From the NCBI GenBank assembly GCA_051362555.1, contig CM120649.1, positions 17,684,567 to 17,748,566 on the forward strand: a DNA stretch of 64,000 bases, given 5' to 3'. Positions 61,654 through 64,000 of the stretch are shown here, one piece after another (the first letter of the stretch is position 1; each line of letters starts with the position of its first letter). The DNA comes from Lingula anatina. Taxonomy: Eukaryota > Animalia > Brachiopoda. The notes under the pieces are model-generated. The model did no database searches. It saw only the letters and a program-made list of their open reading frames with translations, and was not told the origin of the DNA. The translations under genes were made by a program, and so were the position numbers.

Positions 61654-62275
61654 GTGTGTGGAAAGAGAGAGAGAGATAGAAAGAATACTGCCATCCCAAA
61701 CGAATATAAAAACAACAACAATCCCACTCAGGGATTAATGAAGCAATTACTGGGAAGGCACTTTGGGAAGAAACCCGTGCTTCCAATATTTGAAACTAGG
61801 TGAGTGTTAAAATAAGGGTCTGGTTAATTCCTACGAGTCCCTGAAGGAAACAGCGCAGGTCCACTGAAGAGCTCCCTTCTCAAGCATTAACGGGTGCTGC
61901 CTATAGTTGTTTATCTCTTTGTCTTGTCTGTCTGTCTGTCTTTCCAGTTTTCTATTTATCTCTGTATTCATTCCCTCCCACTTCTTCTTTCCTTCCATCC
62001 ATTTAGCTGAAAAATTCTACTTAAATTGCACATATTAACTTCAATAACAGGATACTCCAATGTCAATCACAAGTGTGCAGACATATGAACAGATAGACGT
62101 GAACTAGACAGACAGACAGACAGACAGATAGCTACATCATATCATTTAATATATTTCAGCCTTCTTCACATGCATTCATCTTTCCTTTCATTCAGAATAC
62201 CAATTTTCACCAGCCAACATGTTATTGTATTCAATACAAAAAAAAGTCAAAATCATTTTCCATTCATTTTCATAC

Positions 62276-62495
62276 CTGGGTTAATAATCATTTCACACTA
62301 TAAAGCACATGCTCAGTAAATAAAGATTTCAATAGTAAACAAGATGCTATACAAAGCCGTGGACCCTTCAGGCTCCCCGTGCGTGCGGTTGCATGCAATT
62401 TGCACGTAACATCAGAATTATTGCCCTCTGCGACAACAATACACCCTGCAGGTGTGCCTGCCTTCATTACTGTAAGTGCCGCAGTCAACTTTCCA
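62276..62495 (-). other. Candidate 220-nt non-coding exon
   Basis: Acceptor GTCTCTTTCATTTCTATTCAG|TGG and donor CAG|GTATGA bracket a GC/CpG-richer block. Confidence 0.35.
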
Positions 62496-64000
62496 CTGAA
62501 TAGAAATGAAAGAGACGTGGTTCCAATGACTCATACCGTAAAGTAGGTCTTGTTTTTTTTCTTTTTAAAAAAAGCTAAGGCACTGTTTTAGGCCAAAGAA
62601 AACGACCGATTTCTATAAGGTTTTGACTTATTTGTAGGCGAAAAAAAGGTTAAAATGTTATTTACAAATAAAGCTGCTTTGAGGAAATCTGCAAAGGGAA
62701 TGCCGTTCAGAAAACAAACCAACAGAGAAGGTTTCGTTATCTTAAAACAAATTAAGTTGCTTTGATATATTTCTTTCTTTTTTTTCAAAAATGCATAAGA
62801 AAAACTAGCCACAGGGTAGTACTTTGTTGTCGTAATTAAAAAGCAATCTAGTGACAGTCACAGTAAAACTATTCGCACACATCCTGAACTGAAAGGTTGG
62901 CGATATCAAATGTCAACTCGATTGAGTTTCCTTTTATACAGAAAACCATTATACTTTCAAAATGGTCAATTTCTTTTTTCGGTATGGAAAAAAACAAATT
63001 CTAAATTTGTGCATACAAAGCTATTCTTGAAGTTTAAACAACAAAACCTGACAAGAACTTGTCAAACTACTTTGATAAAAAATGACAAACCAATGCTTTG
63101 AAATTTGATTCAATGACAATTTCCTCATAGCAGCCAACCTGCAGTGAATATGTAGAGATGGCAGTGGAAAATTTTTATGCTGGAGTAGAAAAATTGAAAA
63201 CTGAAAATTTCATGCTGAATGACCTGAATTTTGAACTAAAATATTGAAGATTTTTAGATATAGTACTGTCACATAACTTGCAAAACCATGAGTTGATGAA
63301 GATGTAAATGCACTTGCATAAATTTATATTTCTCACAGAGCTCAGCTTGGCCTAATTTTCCATGCAGGTTTGTATGCAGGTAAAATTCATATACATCAGT
63401 AAGGTGATGCTAAAATAAAAAGTATTTATGAAAGTTGCTTTATAAAACCCAACCTTTCTTTTTGTAAAGACTTCATTTTCTCTTTTTTTCTATATCATAA
63501 TCATTAATTTCATAAGTTTTGATCAGCGTGTGATGATTAAAGGGATAACAAGTCTTCATACGAGATTGAAAAATTTACAACAAATACATTGTAAACAACA
63601 CATAGAAAATATCTAATAAATTCGATCAAAACAGTGATCATCGCAATTATTCTGATATCTGTGCTCACCATCGGACCACGTGGAACTTCATAGATGGGTT
63701 TCCCTCTTAAGTGAGCATTACAAATCCACGCCTAGGGGAGCCCTAACACTCCCCAATTTAGCCAAATGCTAAAAGTTACTAAAATTGGCTAAACAAAATA
63801 GGGCTGATGGGTTGATTTGAGTTGTTTTGGTAAAATTATAACAATTTGGAGGAAAAAGTGATGAAAAAGTAATGATTTAGCTATGCCAAAAAATTGGTTG
63901 TGTTTCCCTAGCAGACTTTTAAAAATTCAACAGCTTTTGAATGTCAGAATTGATTCATATACCATTGGAAAGTGTGGGAAAATTGTTGTTTACCCCAGGA

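Noticed and set aside
63732-63911. Possible TAGGG...CCCTA MITE
   Set aside because: TIR match is only about 8 of 10 bp and no TSD is visible; not supportable without other copies.

Overview
AT-rich eukaryotic (animal, probably invertebrate) genomic DNA with no complete host protein-coding gene; nearly all supplied ORFs are artefacts of microsatellites, tandem repeats or chance. The window looks like the 5' intronic and regulatory part of a large gene transcribed on the minus strand. Candidate first or UTR exons with good splice signals lie at about 62495-62276, 51918-51865, 31605-31321, 29126-29022, 25572 onward, 6100-5903 and 1293-1223; the coding body probably lies left of position 1. Perfect nuclear-receptor direct repeats (three DR5, a DR4, a DR2, two RORE-type sites) occur in apparently unique sequence, two clusters directly upstream of the candidate promoters. 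The dominant structure is an 8-kb nested transposon stack (15088-23132): a CMC/EnSpm-like element with palindromic subterminal repeats and a small spliced Tudor/PWWP-like ORF. Inside it are hAT-like ends, a LINE-tail remnant and a structurally complete non-autonomous Helentron carrying a 13 x 146-bp satellite. Also present are a 3.4-kb Academ-like element, a truncated RTE LINE, several MITE families, minisatellites and microsatellites. Everything was read by eye; no database search was possible.
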